The notes under the pieces: generated by a model
Seen by the model: the letters and a program-made list of their open reading frames with translations, nothing else
Told to the model about the DNA's origin: nothing
The model's database searches: none
Made by a program: the position numbers and the translations under genes
Source: an uncultured bacterium
GTDB lineage: Bacteria > Gemmatimonadota > Gemmatimonadetes > Gemmatimonadales > Gemmatimonadaceae
Reading direction: 5' to 3'
NCBI GenBank assembly: GCA_963978095.1
Contig: CAXBQP010000059.1
Location: 1-16,182 of the forward strand
DNA length: 16,182 bases
Part shown: in pieces, positions 14,805 to 16,182 of the stretch
Numbering within the stretch: position 1 is the first letter of the stretch
Layout of the letters: each line of letters opens with the position of its first letter

Positions 14805-16182
14805 TCAGCGCGCGGCGGCTGCGCGTCGTGCGCGATCGGCTTCCCAATCGACGAAGGGACCGTCGAAGTCGCGGAGCCGAGTGCCATCGAACGACCAGAC
14901 ACGCGTGGCGACCTCGCGCAGGAACGCACGGTCGTGACTCACGAGCAACACCGTGCCTTCATACTCGGCGAGGGCATCTTCCAGCACTTCGATGTTCTCG
15001 ACGTCGAGGTGGTTCGTGGGTTCGTCGAGCACCAGGAGGTTCGCGCGGGTGAGCGTGATGAGCGCCAGTGCCATGCGGGCGCGTTCGCCGCCGCTCAGGG
15101 TGCTGATCTCGCGGAAGACTTCGTCACCGCTGAACCCGAAGGCTCCGAGATGGTTCTGAACCGACCCGCGGCTCCACAGTGGACGCTGGTTCTGGATCGC
15201 GTCGGCGAGTGACATGCGCAACGGGAGATCCGAGAGATCTTGCCGGAACCAGGCGGGCGTGATGGAACCGCCGACGCGCACCTCGCCCTGCGCCGGTGTC
15301 CGATCGCCCAGGAGCGTCGAGATGAAGGACGACTTTCCCGCGCCGTTCGGTCCCACGAGCGCCACGAAGTCGTTGCGGCGCAGGACCGCCGTGAAGTCTT
15401 CCACCAGGACGCGCCCCGGGACTTCGACCCGGAGATCCTGCACGGCGACGACTTGATCACCGCCGCGCTCGCCCACTTCGAAGGTGAGTGACATCGCAGC
15501 CGGATCGCCCGGCGGGGGTGCGAGGCGCGGGAGGCGTTCGAGCCGTTTGCGCTTTCCCTTGGCTTGGAACGAGTTCACCCCGGCCAGATTCCGGCGGATG
15601 TACTCCTCCTCCTTCTTCACGTAGGCGCGCTGTTTCTCCAACTCGCGTTCGCGCGTGAGCCGACGCTCCGCCCGCTGCGGCACGAACTGGCTGTAGTTCC
15701 CCTTGTACGACTCGCTGGTCTTGGCTTCGACGTGGAGGATGTTGGTGCAGACCGCATCCATGAACGCGCGATCGTGCGAGACGACGATCACGGTCTCGGC
15801 CGCCTCGGCGAGCCATTCCTGCAACCAGGTCGTCGTGTCGAGGTCGAGGTGGTTGGTGGGTTCATCGAGCAGGAGCAGGTCGGCCGGTGCAATGAGTTGC
15901 GCGGCGAGCCCGACACGTCCGCGTTCCCCGCCCGAGAGAGTCGCGACGAGGCGCGATTTGGATTCCTCGGCGTCGAAGCCAAGTCCCTGGAGCACCGCAT
16001 CCACGCGGGCGTGGTACTCGTAGCCTCCCATGTCGGCGAACCGTTCTTGATCACGGCCGAACCGTTCGAGGAAATCGTCCGTGACCTTTTCGCCCAGCTC
16101 GCCCAGTTCGATGGCCTGTTGCGCGAGACTGTGTTCCAGCGCAATGACGTCGCGCCATGCGGCCGCCCCCGCTTGCCACACC
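14805..16182 (-). CDS. ABC-F family ribosome-associated ATPase; 5'-truncated
   Basis: Two ABC cassettes without TM segments: LSGGERGR, LLLLDEPTNHLD, VSHDRAF; a linker (YKGNYSQF..QRAERR); then GPNGAGKS, LSGGERAR, LVLDEPTNHLD and VSHDRAF. The first Walker A lies outside the window. Confidence 0.93.
   Translation of the reverse strand, partial: VWQAGAAAWRDVIALEHSLAQQAIELGELGEKVTDDFLERFGRDQERFADMGGYEYHARVDAVLQGLGFDAEESKSRLVATLSGGERGRVGLAAQLIAPADLLLLDEPTNHLDLDTTTWLQEWLAEAAETVIVVSHDRAFMDAVCTNILHVEAKTSESYKGNYSQFVPQRAERRLTRERELEKQRAYVKKEEEYIRRNLAGVNSFQAKGKRKRLERLPRLAPPPGDPAAMSLTFEVGERGGDQVVAVQDLRVEVPGRVLVEDFTAVLRRNDFVALVGPNGAGKSSFISTLLGDRTPAQGEVRVGGSITPAWFRQDLSDLPLRMSLADAIQNQRPLWSRGSVQNHLGAFGFSGDEVFREISTLSGGERARMALALITLTRANLLVLDEPTNHLDVENIEVLEDALAEYEGTVLLVSHDRAFLREVATRVWSFDGTRLRDFDGPFVDWEADRARRAAAAR

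Overview
High-GC bacterial chromosomal window whose gene content and protein style resemble Gemmatimonadota (inferred, not proven). It holds 13 genes. In order: a 5'-truncated ApbE-DUF2271 fusion and a PepSY-like membrane protein (extracytosolic flavinylation module); an exported M28-family protein that appears to have lost catalytic residues; a divergent tgt with atypical specificity residues; a PAS-GAF-PAS hybrid histidine kinase downstream of a YbhB/YbcL protein; an AT-rich divergent regulatory region; an S15 Xaa-Pro dipeptidyl-peptidase coupled to a DHFR/RibD_C-like gene; DUF4256; a Met/His-rich DUF305 gene paired with a His/Cys-rich LVIVD beta-propeller gene; a terminator hairpin; a carboxypeptidase-regulatory-like/plug-like protein; and a 5'-truncated ABC-F ATPase. 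No mobile elements, CRISPR arrays or RNA genes were recognised. The best candidates for uncharacterised biology are the DUF305/LVIVD putative periplasmic metal (copper) system, the non-canonical ApbE-DUF2271 module, the M28 pseudo-peptidase and the variant Tgt. All family calls come from motif recognition, not database searches.
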